Shown piece after piece: positions 40,128-51,320 of a stretch of 64,000 nt of DNA; the first letter of the stretch is position 1; every line of letters starts with the position of its first letter. This DNA comes from Verrucomicrobiota bacterium (GTDB lineage: Bacteria; Verrucomicrobiota; Verrucomicrobiia; Limisphaerales; CANJSG01). The translations under genes were made by a program, and so were the position numbers. The stretch is taken from NCBI GenBank assembly GCA_038209745.1, contig JBBQXJ010000010.1, forward strand, positions 9,209 through 73,208, in the 5' to 3' direction. The notes beneath the pieces were generated by a model. That model searched no databases and was not told where the DNA came from. It saw nothing but the letters and a program-made list of their open reading frames with translations.

Positions 40128-41729
40128 ATGAAGCTCCCGCTCGTCTCCGCAATCGCCGTCGCTCTCCTGGCAGGCTGCAGCGCTCCGTCTCAACCAGCCC
40201 GGTACTCCAACCCCGTCATCCTCGGCGACCACGCCGATCCGTCGGTCATCCGGGTTGGCAAGACGTTTTGGGCCACGGCGACTTCCTCGGAATGGGGACC
40301 GCAGTTTCCGTTGCTGCGTTCGACCGACCTCGTGAATTGGGAGAACACCGGACCGGTCTTCAACAAGCGCCCCGGGTGGTCCGTGGCGAACTACTGGGCG
40401 CCGGAGATCTCGCACTGGGGCAGCCGCTACTACGTCTTCTACACGGGCCGCAAACCGGACGGTCCACTCGCCCTTGCCGTCGCGTCGGCCGACAAACCCG
40501 AGGGCCCCTACACCGACCACGGCCCGCTGGTGGCCCAGGACGCCGGCTCGATCGACGGCATGTTGATCGGCGACGAACAGGGCACGCCCTACCTCGTCTG
40601 GAAGGAAGACGGCAACAGCCGGGGCAAACCCACGCCCATCTGGGCGCAGCCGTTCGATCCTGCGGTCAACAAACTCGTGGGCGAGCCCAGGGAGATTCTG
40701 CGCAACGACGTTCCGTGGGAGGGCAACCTCGTCGAGGGCCCGTTCATCCTGAAGCGCGGGGAATGGTTCTACGCGTTCTACTCGGGAGCCGGCTGCTGCG
40801 GCAGCGGCTGCACCTACGGCCTCGGCGTCGCCCGTTCCAAGACGCTCCTCGGCCCATGGGAAAAGAATCCCGCCAACCCGATCCTCGCGGGCAACGACGC
40901 CTGGCGTTGCCCCGGCCACGGAAGCATCGTCGATGACGGATCCGGACGGTATTGGCTGCTCTACCACGCCTACGCGCAGGACACCTTCGTCTACACGGGC
41001 CGCGAAGCGCTGCTCGACGAAGTGGTCTTCAACGACCCCGGCTGGCCAACGATCAATGGCGGCAAAGGCCCTTCGTCCACCGCTGCTTCCCCTTTCAGCC
41101 AGAAGCAACATCGAACGGAACTCGCCTATTCCGATTCGTTCTCCAACAGGCGGCTCGATCGCGGATGGCAATGGCCCGTCGACGCCGAACCCGTCGTTAA
41201 ACTCGATCCGTCCGGCGGCGGCCGTCTCCGGCTGTCACCGGCGAGTGACCAGAACCAGGCCGAAGTCGGCGCCGTGCTCGGCCGATCCTTGGTGACCGGC
41301 GACTTCACCGCCACGACGATCCTCCGCACCACCGGCCTCGCGCCCGGCACCCGCGCCGGATTGGCCGCCATCGGAGATCGCGGCAACGCCGTCGGACTCG
41401 CTCTCGGCCATGGCCAGCTGCTGCTCTGGCAACGCGAACGCGGCCAAACCAAGTCGGTCGAATCCCGTCCGGCACCGTCCGGCGAACGCCTCTTCATCCG
41501 CGCGTTGGCGACCTCCGGCCATCTCTTCCATTTCTCCTACAGCTCCGACGGCACCGCGTGGACCGGGATCGGCCACGGGTTGAACGGCGGTTACCTGCCC
41601 CCGTGGGATCGCAGCGTCCGCATCGGTCTCACCGTCGGCGGAGGCCCGTTGGCCGTCGGCGACTTCGAATCGTTCAACATCGTTCCGCAGAACAGACGCG
41701 GAGACTTCAATCCGTCCGAGACCCCATGA
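40128..41729 (+). CDS. GH43 lipoprotein with C-terminal beta-sandwich
   Basis: Lipobox LAGC; HADPS, YWAPE, SIDG, VEGP and PGHGS motifs. Confidence 0.9.
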   Translation: MKLPLVSAIAVALLAGCSAPSQPARYSNPVILGDHADPSVIRVGKTFWATATSSEWGPQFPLLRSTDLVNWENTGPVFNKRPGWSVANYWAPEISHWGSRYYVFYTGRKPDGPLALAVASADKPEGPYTDHGPLVAQDAGSIDGMLIGDEQGTPYLVWKEDGNSRGKPTPIWAQPFDPAVNKLVGEPREILRNDVPWEGNLVEGPFILKRGEWFYAFYSGAGCCGSGCTYGLGVARSKTLLGPWEKNPANPILAGNDAWRCPGHGSIVDDGSGRYWLLYHAYAQDTFVYTGREALLDEVVFNDPGWPTINGGKGPSSTAASPFSQKQHRTELAYSDSFSNRRLDRGWQWPVDAEPVVKLDPSGGGRLRLSPASDQNQAEVGAVLGRSLVTGDFTATTILRTTGLAPGTRAGLAAIGDRGNAVGLALGHGQLLLWQRERGQTKSVESRPAPSGERLFIRALATSGHLFHFSYSSDGTAWTGIGHGLNGGYLPPWDRSVRIGLTVGGGPLAVGDFESFNIVPQNRRGDFNPSETP

Positions 41730-42781
41730 GCGACTCTCCCTTGTTCTCCCCGGAAGTTCATCCCCACCGCCGCTACAATCCGCTGACGGGAGAATGGATC
41801 CTCGTCTCGCCGCACCGCACCCAGCGTCCCTGGCAGGGCCAGCAGGAAACCATGAACGCCGAACGCCAGCCGGCGCACGATCCGACCTGCTATCTATGCC
41901 CCGGCAACCATCGCGCCGGCAGCGGGATCAACCCGCCCTACACCGACACGTTTGTTTTCCAGAACGACTTCGCCGCGCTCCTGCCCGACACCCCGTCGAT
42001 CGACAAGACGCGGTCGGATCTCTTCCGCACCGAACCGGTGAAGGGCGAGTGCCGCGTCATCTGCTTTTCGCCCCGGCACGACTTGACGCTCCCCGAAATG
42101 TCCGTCGAACAGATCGGCCGCGTGGTCGACGTCTGGGCCGAACAAACCGGGGAGCTCGGCCAAAAATATCGCTGGGTCCAAGTGTTCGAAAACAAAGGCG
42201 CGGTCATGGGTTGCTCAAACCCTCATCCCCACGGCCAGGTCTGGGCCGGCAATTTCCTGCCCCGCACCGCCGAACTCGAAGAAGTCGCCCAGCGCAACTA
42301 CCACCATTGGCACGGGCGTTCCCTGCTCCTCGACTACGCCGACGCCGAGACCCGCGACGGCACCCGGGTCATCGAGCAAAATCCGCACTGGCTCGTGGTC
42401 GTGCCCTATTGGGCCACCTGGCCCTTTGAGCTGCTCTTGATTCCACGTTGGCCCGTCAAACGCCTGACCGACCTGAAACCCGAGCAGCGCGCGTCCCTCT
42501 CCTCGATCCTGAAAGCCAGCCTCATCCGCTACGACAATCTCTTCTCCACGTCGTTCCCCTACTCCATGGGCTGGCATGGCGCCCCGACCGACGACGGCAG
42601 CTACGACCACTGGCAGCTCCACGCTCATTTCTATCCGCCGCTCCTCCGGTCCGCGACGGTCAAGAAGTTCATGGTCGGCTACGAAATGCTGGCCGAACCC
42701 CAGCGCGACCTGACTCCCGAACAAGCGGCCCAGCGCCTCAGAGCCCTCCCAGAAGCTCATTACCTCGGGAACCGCCGATAA
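41726..42781 (+). CDS. galT: UDP-glucose--hexose-1-phosphate uridylyltransferase
   Basis: [35 protein letters not shown] and [10 protein letters not shown] motifs. Confidence 0.97.
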   Translation: MSDSPLFSPEVHPHRRYNPLTGEWILVSPHRTQRPWQGQQETMNAERQPAHDPTCYLCPGNHRAGSGINPPYTDTFVFQNDFAALLPDTPSIDKTRSDLFRTEPVKGECRVICFSPRHDLTLPEMSVEQIGRVVDVWAEQTGELGQKYRWVQVFENKGAVMGCSNPHPHGQVWAGNFLPRTAELEEVAQRNYHHWHGRSLLLDYADAETRDGTRVIEQNPHWLVVVPYWATWPFELLLIPRWPVKRLTDLKPEQRASLSSILKASLIRYDNLFSTSFPYSMGWHGAPTDDGSYDHWQLHAHFYPPLLRSATVKKFMVGYEMLAEPQRDLTPEQAAQRLRALPEAHYLGNRR

Positions 42782-42980
42782 TCTCAAGCCGGGCTGCAAT
42801 CCACGGCAGAACATGTGGAAAAACCTCAGGACGACGGGTCACGAACGAAAAGGAAAAGCGCGGAAATTTCGCCGGCGCGCTCGAACATCGGGGTCAGGCT
42901 GGGGTGTTTGACCCGCCACCACGACCGTCCAATGGATCGGCCCAACGGGAAATCCCATCCTTTAACCAGCACGCCCCAAG

Positions 42981-43070
42981 TGGCGGAAGGGGAGGGATTT
43001 GAACCCCCGGTAGCCTTGCGACTACGCCTGATTTCGAGTCAGGTGCCTTCGACCACTCAGCCACCCTTCC
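42981..43070 (-). tRNA. tRNA-Ser(CGA)
   Basis: GGAAGGG acceptor arm; CCTGA-CT-CGA-AA-TCAGG anticodon arm; long variable arm; GGTTCAAATCC T-arm; encoded CCA. Confidence 0.97.
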
Positions 43071-43256
43071 GCTGCTCGGGGCTGATGGCTTACGCCAAGT
43101 CGCGGCAGCGTGCAATCGATTATTCGGTTCCACCTTCAGTCGCGCCCGGGCTGTCTGCGGCCCCGGGGAGGACCGATCCAACGAGATGCCACCTTGGGAC
43201 TTGGATCCACGGCCGGCTTCGATTATTTCCATCTTCCACAAACCGAAGATCCAATT

Positions 43257-43979
43257 ATGGGTGCCCAATGGAAACAGAAAGGCCGTGAGATCGAAGCCCA
43301 GAAAAAGGGCCAGTTGATCGGCAAACTCGTCCGCGAACTCATCGTCGCCGCCAAGCTCGGCGGGGCGGATCCGGACCTCAACGCCCGTTTGGCGGCCGCC
43401 GTCGAGAAGGCGAAGAAGTCCTCCGTGACCCGCGACACGATCGACCGCGCGATCAAGAAGGGCTCCGGCCAGACGGACGAGAAGGTGGAGTTCGAGCACA
43501 TCACCTTCGAGGGCTTTGCCCCGCACAAGGTTCCGGTGATCGTGGAATGCGTGACGGACAACCGGAACCGCACCGCGCCGGAGATCCGCAATCTCTTCAA
43601 GGCCGGCGCGCTCGGCGCACCCGGCAGCGTGAACTTTTTCTTCGACCATCTCGGCGTCGTCGAGGCGACCCACACCGACAAGTCCCGCGATCCTGAAGGC
43701 GACGCCATCGAAGCGGGAGCGCAGGAGGTCGAAGCGCTCGAAGCGGAGGAAACAGCCGAGGGCGGTCTCGGAGCGCGGTTTCTGACGGAGCCGAAAGAGC
43801 TCGGTGCGGTCTCCAAGTGGCTCAAGGCCGCCGGCTGGAAGATCACCGCGTCGGAAATGCGCTATCAGGCGAAAAATTCCACGGAAGTGTCCGCCGACCA
43901 GCGCGAAGAAGTCGTGGCGTTCCTGACCCAGCTCGACGACCACGAAGACGTGCACCACGTCTTCGCCGGGCTGAAGTAG
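43257..43979 (+). CDS. yebC: YebC/PmpR (TACO1) family protein
   Basis: DPDLNARL, IDRAIKKG, VECVTDNRNRT and LDDHEDVHHVF motifs. Confidence 0.93.
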   Translation: MGAQWKQKGREIEAQKKGQLIGKLVRELIVAAKLGGADPDLNARLAAAVEKAKKSSVTRDTIDRAIKKGSGQTDEKVEFEHITFEGFAPHKVPVIVECVTDNRNRTAPEIRNLFKAGALGAPGSVNFFFDHLGVVEATHTDKSRDPEGDAIEAGAQEVEALEAEETAEGGLGARFLTEPKELGAVSKWLKAAGWKITASEMRYQAKNSTEVSADQREEVVAFLTQLDDHEDVHHVFAGLK

Positions 43980-44045
43980 CGCAACCCTGGCCGGACTCCC
44001 GGAGGACTTCGGGTCATCCTCTCCGGCACGGAGGCCGCCGCCGCT

Positions 44046-45518
44046 TCAGTCCAGCGCCTTCTCCAAGGCGTCCACCACCGTCTTCAGAACCGTGATGCGG
44101 GCGAACCGCTTGTGGTTGGCCGGCACGATGGACCACGGCGCATTTTCCGTGTGGGTGTGGGCGACCATGTCGTTGACGGCGGACTCGTAGTCGTTCCACT
44201 TGGTCCGGTTTCGCCAGTCCTCTTTGGTGATCTTGTAGCGCTTGGTCGGGATCCGCTCCCGGGCCTTGAAGCGCTGGAGCTGTTCCTCGGGGCTGATGTG
44301 CAGCCAGAATTTCCGGATGACATAGCCACCGTCGACCAAACGCGATTCGAAGTCGTTGATCTCTTTGTAGGACCGCTGCCACTCGCGCGGCGTGGCGAAG
44401 CCCTCCACCCGCTCGACCAGCACACGCCCGTAGTGGGAACGGTCGAAGATCGAGGTGAGCCCGGCCGGAGGCAGGTGCCGCCAGAAGCGCCAGAGATAGT
44501 GTTGCGCCTTTTCCTCGTCCGTCGGCGCGGCGAAACCGGTCACCTGATACAGGCGCGGATCCAGGGCCTGGGTGACCCGACGAATGGCGCCGCCCTTGCC
44601 CGCCGCATCCCAGCCCTCGAAGACCAGAAGGCAGGTCCTTTTCTTTTCGAACTGTTTCCACGCCGCCTTCAGGAGTCGGTTCTGCAGCTTCGAAAGCTTG
44701 TCGCCGTAGTCGTCCTTCTCCAGCGAGGCGTTCAGATCCGCGGGAGCCAGGAAGTCTTCATCGGTCGAATGGAACCTCGCGGGGAGGCGCAACGCTTTGG
44801 GCTTGGCCGGGCTGGCTGCGCGCTGGAGGGAGTCGAGCAGCAGTCGGGCGACGGTCAGGCTGCGCCGACGCGGATCGGTCGCGTCGACCCGATGCCACGG
44901 CGCATCGGGCACGTGCGTGTGCCGCATCACTTCGCTCGCCAGCTTGGAAAGTTCCTCGTGCCGGACGACGAGCTGCTTGCCCACGGGCAGAAGCGTCAGG
45001 TGGAGTTCGGGATGGGCCGAAAGATCCTTGAGCCGTTTCTTCAGCGTCTTCTTTGAGATGTGGAACCAGAGCTTGAGGAAGATCGTTCCGTCGACGGACA
45101 ACATGCGCTCGAAGCGGCGCGTACCGGTCAACTGAGCCTCGAACTCGGCCCGCTTGAGCTTCCCGTCGAGCCGCCGGAGAACCAGCTCGGAATACCATGC
45201 GCCGAAGAGCACGCCGACCCGGCCGCGCGCGGGCAGGTTCAGGCTGTGTTGGTAGAACGGAGGATGCCCGTCCGTGTGCTCGTCCTGCCGAAAAGATCCG
45301 TGGGTTTCGATGCCCCGGGGATCCAGCCATTGGTTGATCTGCCAGACGACTTCTCCCTTGCCCGAGCCTTCGATCCCCGCGACGACGATGACGACCCGAC
45401 GCCCGGAAGTCTTGAGATCGAAGTGCGACTTGAGCAGCAGGGCCTGAAGCGGCTCCAGTTCCTCGTCGAAACGACGTTTCGAGACCGGCCTTCCACCGCC
45501 TTTGTGCACATGGAACAT
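44046..45518 (-). CDS. pap: Two-domain polyphosphate kinase 2 (polyphosphate:AMP phosphotransferase)
   Basis: GIEGSGKG and EGWDAAGKGG P-loops, FDRSHYGRVLVERVEG; ATG 45518. Confidence 0.9.
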   Translation of the reverse strand: MFHVHKGGGRPVSKRRFDEELEPLQALLLKSHFDLKTSGRRVVIVVAGIEGSGKGEVVWQINQWLDPRGIETHGSFRQDEHTDGHPPFYQHSLNLPARGRVGVLFGAWYSELVLRRLDGKLKRAEFEAQLTGTRRFERMLSVDGTIFLKLWFHISKKTLKKRLKDLSAHPELHLTLLPVGKQLVVRHEELSKLASEVMRHTHVPDAPWHRVDATDPRRRSLTVARLLLDSLQRAASPAKPKALRLPARFHSTDEDFLAPADLNASLEKDDYGDKLSKLQNRLLKAAWKQFEKKRTCLLVFEGWDAAGKGGAIRRVTQALDPRLYQVTGFAAPTDEEKAQHYLWRFWRHLPPAGLTSIFDRSHYGRVLVERVEGFATPREWQRSYKEINDFESRLVDGGYVIRKFWLHISPEEQLQRFKARERIPTKRYKITKEDWRNRTKWNDYESAVNDMVAHTHTENAPWSIVPANHKRFARITVLKTVVDALEKALD

Positions 45519-45597
45519 ATCAGGAACGTAGCCACGTCCGAGCGGGCTCGGCCAGTCCCGGATCGGAAAAAGCCAGCGCCGCTTCCGACGGAACGGG

Positions 45598-45990
45598 TCA
45601 CTTGCCTTTCGAACCGGCGGCAGCCTCGCCGGCAAGCTGCTTCACCGTGGCGAGAAATTCATCGCGGCCGAACGGCTTCTTCAGCGTGGCCGCGGCCCCC
45701 AGGCCCTTGGCGGCGGGCAGGAAGTCGAACGGGCTCATCCGCGAACCGCCCGACATGGCCACGATCTTCATCGAGGGATAGTCCCGCCGGATGGACATGA
45801 TGGTCTCAAGCCCCTCCTGCTCGGGCATGATCAGGTCGGTGACGACCAGGTCGAAGCTCTGTTGCTGGAGCTTGGCGAGACCTTCGCGGCCGTCGCCCGC
45901 GTCGACGACCTCGTAGCCGGATCGTTCCAGCATCAGCACCAACATGTGTCGCAGGCCGTCGTCGTCGTCGATGATCAGGATTCGTGGCAT
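45598..45990 (-). CDS. Single-domain response regulator
   Basis: ILIIDDD, TDLIMPEQEG, MSGG and KPF motifs. Confidence 0.92.
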   Translation of the reverse strand: MPRILIIDDDDGLRHMLVLMLERSGYEVVDAGDGREGLAKLQQQSFDLVVTDLIMPEQEGLETIMSIRRDYPSMKIVAMSGGSRMSPFDFLPAAKGLGAAATLKKPFGRDEFLATVKQLAGEAAAGSKGK

Positions 45991-46016
45991 GATGAAACGG
46001 GGTTGAAATCTGGGTT

Positions 46017-47813
46017 TTAGCGCGCGACGCATCGCTGCACGATCCGCAGCAGTTCGTCCTCTTCGTAGGGTTTTACGAGCATGGCTTCCACTAGGCCGTG
46101 CCATGCGGGATCATCAGCCACTTCGTGGTGTCCGGAGCAAAGGACGACCGGCAGATCAGGCCGGATACCACGCACTCTCCGGGCGAAGTCGATGCCCGTC
46201 ATCACCGGCATCGTGTGGTCGGTCAGCACGACGTCGAAGCCGGCGGGATCGAGCGCGAACCGTTCCAAGGCCTCTGCCGGGTCCATGTGCGCCTGCACGG
46301 AAAACCCCGCCCGTTCCAGCTGCAGCGCCGTGACCCGCAGCAGGGCTGGTTCGTCTTCCAGCAGCAGAACCCGCCCACGAGCCGTCACAGGAAGCTCCAG
46401 CGTCTCGGTCGGCGCCTGATCGGGAGGCGCCGACACAGGGAGAAAAATCTCGAACTCACTGCCTTCGCCAGGACGGCTGCCGACGCGGATTTCGCCTGAG
46501 AGCGCCGTCACGATTCCATGGACCACTGAGAGGCCCAGGCCGGTGCCTTCGCCCACTTCCTTGGTTGTGAAATAGGGGTCGAATATCTGCTCGATGGTCG
46601 CCGGCGACATTCCACAGCCCGTGTCCAGGACCGACAGGCGAATCCAACCCCGGGAAGAGACCCGTCCAGTGGCCAACCATTCGGTCGGCGGGATCCCGCC
46701 GTTGTCGAGCCGAAGGGTCAACCGCGGTTCCGCCGCGTGGCGCATCGCGTGGCTGGCATTGACCCCGAGATTCAGGATCACCTGCTGGAACTGCACGGCG
46801 TCGGCCACCACCCAGGAATCGTCGCGCAGAGCGCACTCGGACCGCAGATCGATCGCCGACGGGAGCGAGGCGCGCAGCATGTTGACCCCTTCTTCAAAAA
46901 CCGGCCCAAAAAGCGTGGGCCGAGGCAGCTGGGTCTGGCGCCGGCTGAAAGTGAGGATCTGTTGGACGACTTCTTTGCCCCGGGTCGCGGCCGAGAGGAT
47001 TTCCCGGAGATCGCGGCCGACGCGGCTGCCCGGCTCGAGGCCCTGCAGCGCCATGCCGGTGTAGCCGGAAATGACGCCCAGGATGTTGTTGAAATCGTGG
47101 GCGATGCCGCCCGCGAGCCGACCCACGGCCTCCATCTTCTGCGCCTGCTTCAGCTGGGATTCCAACTGCTCCTTCTCCTCGCGCGACCGGTGCTCCTCGG
47201 TCGCGTCCTGGATCATGCCTTCGTAGTAAAACAGCCGCCGGTCGGGGCCGAAGACGCCCCGGGCATTCTCCCGGATCCAGATCACCTGCCCGTCGCGGCG
47301 CCGCACCCGATATTCCATGTTCCGCACTACGCCGTGTTCGCCAATCTCGCGCCGGAAGGCCGCCAAGTCGACCGGGCTCACATAGACATGCTCCGACACG
47401 TCGTGGATGGCCGCCAAAAGGGAATCCGGTCCGTCATAGCCATACATCTTGGCCAACGCCGGATTCGCGCTGATGAACCGGCCCTCGGGCGTGCTCTGGT
47501 AGATGCCCACGACAGCATGTTCGAAAATCGATTGGTAGCGTGCCTCGGTGTTGCCAAGGTTCTTCTCCACGCAACGTCGCCGGGTGATCTCGTCTTGGAT
47601 CGCCTCGGTGATCCGCATCAGTTCGACGGTCCTCTGGGCCAACGCCGCTTCGATCCCTCGACGTTGCTCTCGCAGTTCGGCCACTTCCCGTCGGAGCGTC
47701 TCCACTACTTCCGACGAGACGGGTCGATCTGGAGCGGGGGAAGCAGGGCCGTCGGCGGGTGCGCCGCGCTCCGCACCCGGATAGGATGCCACAAGATGAC
47801 CGCTTGGATTCAA
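46017..47813 (-). CDS. Cytoplasmic PAS hybrid histidine kinase
   Basis: PAS domain; AGGIAHDFNNIL H-box; DTGCG; PYFTTK..GTGLGL; C-terminal REC; no TM; start uncertain. Confidence 0.92.
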   Translation of the reverse strand: MNPSGHLVASYPGAERGAPADGPASPAPDRPVSSEVVETLRREVAELREQRRGIEAALAQRTVELMRITEAIQDEITRRRCVEKNLGNTEARYQSIFEHAVVGIYQSTPEGRFISANPALAKMYGYDGPDSLLAAIHDVSEHVYVSPVDLAAFRREIGEHGVVRNMEYRVRRRDGQVIWIRENARGVFGPDRRLFYYEGMIQDATEEHRSREEKEQLESQLKQAQKMEAVGRLAGGIAHDFNNILGVISGYTGMALQGLEPGSRVGRDLREILSAATRGKEVVQQILTFSRRQTQLPRPTLFGPVFEEGVNMLRASLPSAIDLRSECALRDDSWVVADAVQFQQVILNLGVNASHAMRHAAEPRLTLRLDNGGIPPTEWLATGRVSSRGWIRLSVLDTGCGMSPATIEQIFDPYFTTKEVGEGTGLGLSVVHGIVTALSGEIRVGSRPGEGSEFEIFLPVSAPPDQAPTETLELPVTARGRVLLLEDEPALLRVTALQLERAGFSVQAHMDPAEALERFALDPAGFDVVLTDHTMPVMTGIDFARRVRGIRPDLPVVLCSGHHEVADDPAWHGLVEAMLVKPYEEDELLRIVQRCVAR

Positions 47814-48052
47814 AGTCTATATGTTGCGGGGCTTTTCAGCCTCTGTTCACCCCGCCAGCATCCCGCTCTGCCTGCGGAACTTGAACTGCCACTCAAAGCG
47901 AGAATCGATCCAATTCCCCGCTTCCCGTCTCCACGTCAAATCCCATGACAGTATCGTCCAACCTCGAGACCTCTTAAGACGACACGCCACAAACTGGATC
48001 CATCTTACTCGTCTCGAATAAGTCCGAATGCCAAAAAAGACACAGCCATCCT

Positions 48053-48910
48053 TCAGCCCAAGTGCGCGTCGGATGTCCCCAGCAGCAGTTCGACCAAGAC
48101 GTCGGGCTCCCGGTAGTCCGCCACCAAAAGATGCGCCCCCGCCTCGGTCAACTGACGCTCCTTCCGGAGATCGGGAATCCCGGAGCCGTTGACTTCCTCG
48201 TCGCTGGCGACCGCCACCGCGAGTCCGCCGAGGTCGGCCGTATGGTGGATCTCCACCGGTCCGTCGCCGAACGACAGCAGCTGGTTCCCCTTCAAACCGT
48301 GGTCGGCCAAGATCCGCTCCAGCACCATGCGCTTGGTGAAGCCCGTCGCGTCGGGCGGACTCCCATAGATCCGGTCCTCAAAAAACGAGGACAGCTGCAA
48401 CAGCGTCGCCTCTTCCCGCACCCGGTCCTCCAGGGTGCCGCTCAGGATGGTCATCGCGATGCCGCGATCAGCCAGATTCCGCAACAGGGCGCGCGCTCCG
48501 AAGACCACGAAGTGATCCGGAAAAGCCATGCCATCGTGAATCTTGGCCGAACGCTCCTCGATCACTTCATCTAGCCGCCACTGGTATTCCACCAGAAGCT
48601 CTTCGGGCCGGGGAGTGACCGCGCCTTTCGCCGCCATGAGCTCCGTGAAACGGCGCATCTGGTGCAGGGTCGGTTGGCCGTTCAGGCTGAGGATCTCCAC
48701 CAGCAACCCGCTCCGCACGGACTCCGCGTCGTCGCCGCTCTGGAACGGGAAGTATTCCAAAAAAAGATGGGTCATGATGTCGGGCCATCCATGCCGGAGC
48801 CACGACAGCGTGCCGTCGAAGTCGAAGACCACGTGCGCGATCTCGGAGCGCGCCGTGAACGGCTGGAGGCGGTGCGGAAGCGTGCGGCCCGAATCTTGGG
48901 GTGAGGTCAT
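48053..48910 (-). CDS. HAD-superfamily hydrolase
   Basis: FDFDGT motif I, LSGT and FGDGPVEI motifs. Confidence 0.9.
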   Translation of the reverse strand: MTSPQDSGRTLPHRLQPFTARSEIAHVVFDFDGTLSWLRHGWPDIMTHLFLEYFPFQSGDDAESVRSGLLVEILSLNGQPTLHQMRRFTELMAAKGAVTPRPEELLVEYQWRLDEVIEERSAKIHDGMAFPDHFVVFGARALLRNLADRGIAMTILSGTLEDRVREEATLLQLSSFFEDRIYGSPPDATGFTKRMVLERILADHGLKGNQLLSFGDGPVEIHHTADLGGLAVAVASDEEVNGSGIPDLRKERQLTEAGAHLLVADYREPDVLVELLLGTSDAHLG

Positions 48911-48918
48911 TCGCCGGC

Positions 48919-48947
48919 TGGATACGGAGCGGAGCCGAGATTGTCAA
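48919..48947 (-). promoter_or_regulatory. Sigma70-like promoter for the HAD gene
   Basis: TTGACA-N17-TATCCA, 8 nt before the ATG. Confidence 0.5.
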
Positions 48948-49546
48948 TGAACCCTCGTGCGCGGAAGAAACTGGCGGCGGCCAGCCCGATTGATTCTGCT
49001 GAAGAAGTCGCGCCATCGCCGACGCGACCTTCGCCAAATGCCGGCGTGACAGTTGCGGAACGCATTCGAATTTCGCCTGGGTGGACGTCGACCCGACGGT
49101 CGATTGCCCGCCCTGCGAACAGCCGGTCCATCGAATCCCGAGCGGTCCGAGACTTCAGCCGGTCCCACCCATGGCGTGAGATCGTCAAACTGAGCCGGGA
49201 GAGATCGGAGTCTGGGCCACAGAAAGGACCAGCCCATCCAAGGGAAGCAACAGACCGGCAGCGCAATTCCCTTCCTCAGTTTCACGCACTTTGACCCTCC
49301 CATCCCTGAGCAATCGGCCGAAGCAAAATCCGGAGACGGACCCGGCCTCATCCGACGACATCATCCGACGACCGATTCTCCGAGGGCACCTTTGATCGCG
49401 CGCGGCTCTGGCGATCGTTCGTTCGAGCCAATAAAGCTTCCCAGCTGGATGGCTCTTCCCGATTCTGGATCCCAATTCAGCCCCGCCAGTCCACGCGTCT
49501 CGCGACGCCCGTTTCCCATGGGGTTCCCAAACCAATCAATTTGTCG

Positions 49547-51229
49547 ATGAAGACGACCCAAGACCAAGTCGCCGCAGAGAAACAATTGCTCAGCGAAGCC
49601 AAGGCCAAAGGCGGGCTCGCCACCCTCGGCGCCTACCTCAAGTGCTCCGGCCCCGGCTGGCTCCAAGGTGCCATCACCCTCGGCGGCGGCTCGCTCGCGG
49701 GCAGCCTCTATCTCGGCGTCATCGGCGGCTACAGCCTGCTGTGGCTCCAAGTGCTGGCCATGGCGATGGGTGTCGTGATGCTCAGCGCGATCACCTACGT
49801 CACGCTGTCCACCGGCAAGCGGCCCTTCCAGGCGATCAAGGACCATATCAACCCCGTGCTGGCCTGGGGTTGGGCCATCGCGACGCTCATGGCGAACATC
49901 GTCTGGTGCTTGCCCCAGTTCTCCCTCGCGACCGCTGCCGTGCTGCAAAACCTTGCCCCCGGCCTACCCGAAGCCATGGGCGACACCGGAGCGAAGCTCC
50001 TCGTCTGCGGAGTTCTGCTGGCGCTCTCGATCTCCATCATCTGGCTCTACGACAGCGGGCATCGCGGGGTGAAAATTTTCGAGCTGATCCTCAAGTTGAT
50101 GGTCGCAATAGTGGTGCTTTGCTTTTTTGGCGTGGTTTTGAAGCTCGCGACCAGCGGAGATGGTTTGGCCTGGGGCTCCGTGTTATCGGGCTTCGTGCCG
50201 GATCTCGGCCTATTGAACAAACCAGCGAGCACCTTCGACGGAGCCCTCGCTGCTACCGGCGGCTTCGCGTCCTACTGGACGAGCCTGATCGTCACCGACC
50301 AGCGCGACATCATGATCACGGCCGTCGCCACCGCCGTGGGCATAAACATGACGTTCCTTCTCCCCTACTCGATCCTGAAAAAAGGTTGGGACAAGGAATC
50401 GCGGGGGTTGGCCATTTTCGATCTAAGCACCGGCCTGCTCATCCCGTTCGTCCTCGCCACCAGCTGTGTGGTGATCGCCGCCGCCTCGCAGTTCCACGTG
50501 AAGCCCCAGCCGGGCATCATCGAAGGAACGGCTCCTGCCGGGATGATGGGGCAGTTCAACGGCCTGCTCACGGGCCGCCTGAAATCGGAGATTGGAGCGG
50601 AGGCGTTCAGCAAACTGTCGGGCGAAGCCAAAATGGCCTCTCTGACCCGGCTGCCCCACGCCGACAAACAGATGGCCGCGATGCTCGTGCGCCGCGACGC
50701 CTTCGACCTCGCCTCGGCCCTGGAACGACTCACCGGCAAAACCGTGGCAAACTATGTCTTCGGCTTCGGAGTCCTCGCCATGGCCCTTTCCACCATCATC
50801 ATGCTTATGCTCATCAGCGGCTTCACCATCTGCGAGATCTTCAACCTGCCCCAGCAGGGCTGGCCCCACCGTCTCGGCTGCCTAATCGCGGGACTCGGCG
50901 TCCTCGGGCCTTTCATCTGGACCGGAAAGACCCAGTTCTGGTTGGCGGTGCCGACGAGCGTCTTCGGTATGACCCTCTTGCCGATAGCCTATTTCACCTT
51001 CTTTCTGATGATGAACAACCGTTCGTTGATGCGGGGAGAGATCCTACGCGGAGCCAAACGCACGCTGACCAACATCATGATGCTGATCACTTTGTTGCTA
51101 TCCGGTTTCGGCGCGGGCTGGGCCATCTGGAGTAAGACCCGATGGATTGGAGTCGGCGCCGTGGCGACTTTCATCGGTCTCGCGGTCATCGTCCATTTCG
51201 TCCGTCCTCCGAAGAAGATTGGAGAGTAG
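49547..51229 (+). CDS. NRAMP-related (SLC11-like) membrane transporter
   Basis: GPGWLQGAITLGGGS..G..GGYSLLW; about 12 TMs. Confidence 0.8.
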   Translation: MKTTQDQVAAEKQLLSEAKAKGGLATLGAYLKCSGPGWLQGAITLGGGSLAGSLYLGVIGGYSLLWLQVLAMAMGVVMLSAITYVTLSTGKRPFQAIKDHINPVLAWGWAIATLMANIVWCLPQFSLATAAVLQNLAPGLPEAMGDTGAKLLVCGVLLALSISIIWLYDSGHRGVKIFELILKLMVAIVVLCFFGVVLKLATSGDGLAWGSVLSGFVPDLGLLNKPASTFDGALAATGGFASYWTSLIVTDQRDIMITAVATAVGINMTFLLPYSILKKGWDKESRGLAIFDLSTGLLIPFVLATSCVVIAAASQFHVKPQPGIIEGTAPAGMMGQFNGLLTGRLKSEIGAEAFSKLSGEAKMASLTRLPHADKQMAAMLVRRDAFDLASALERLTGKTVANYVFGFGVLAMALSTIIMLMLISGFTICEIFNLPQQGWPHRLGCLIAGLGVLGPFIWTGKTQFWLAVPTSVFGMTLLPIAYFTFFLMMNNRSLMRGEILRGAKRTLTNIMMLITLLLSGFGAGWAIWSKTRWIGVGAVATFIGLAVIVHFVRPPKKIGE

Positions 51230-51296
51230 AAACCGCCACCCGGGACCGGTCACGACGATCCGGACTCTCGAGCAAAATAGTCGGCGGCGGGGTGAA

Positions 51297-51318
51297 CCCG
51301 TTGTGCCAACACAACGGG
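51297..51318. terminator. Hairpin between convergent transporter genes
   Basis: cccgttgtg-ccaa-cacaacggg perfect 9-bp stem; weak U tail. Confidence 0.45.
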
Positions 51319-51320
51319 AA

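Noticed and set aside
42781..43070. Sugar operon as a genomic island integrated at the tRNA-Ser 3' end
   Set aside because: No integrase and no duplicated tRNA 3' end were seen; the operon's composition matches the host
48948..49540. Short ORFs in the ~600-nt gap between the HAD and NRAMP-like genes
   Set aside because: No recognisable domain or consistent codon bias in any frame; treated as a divergent promoter region or decayed DNA
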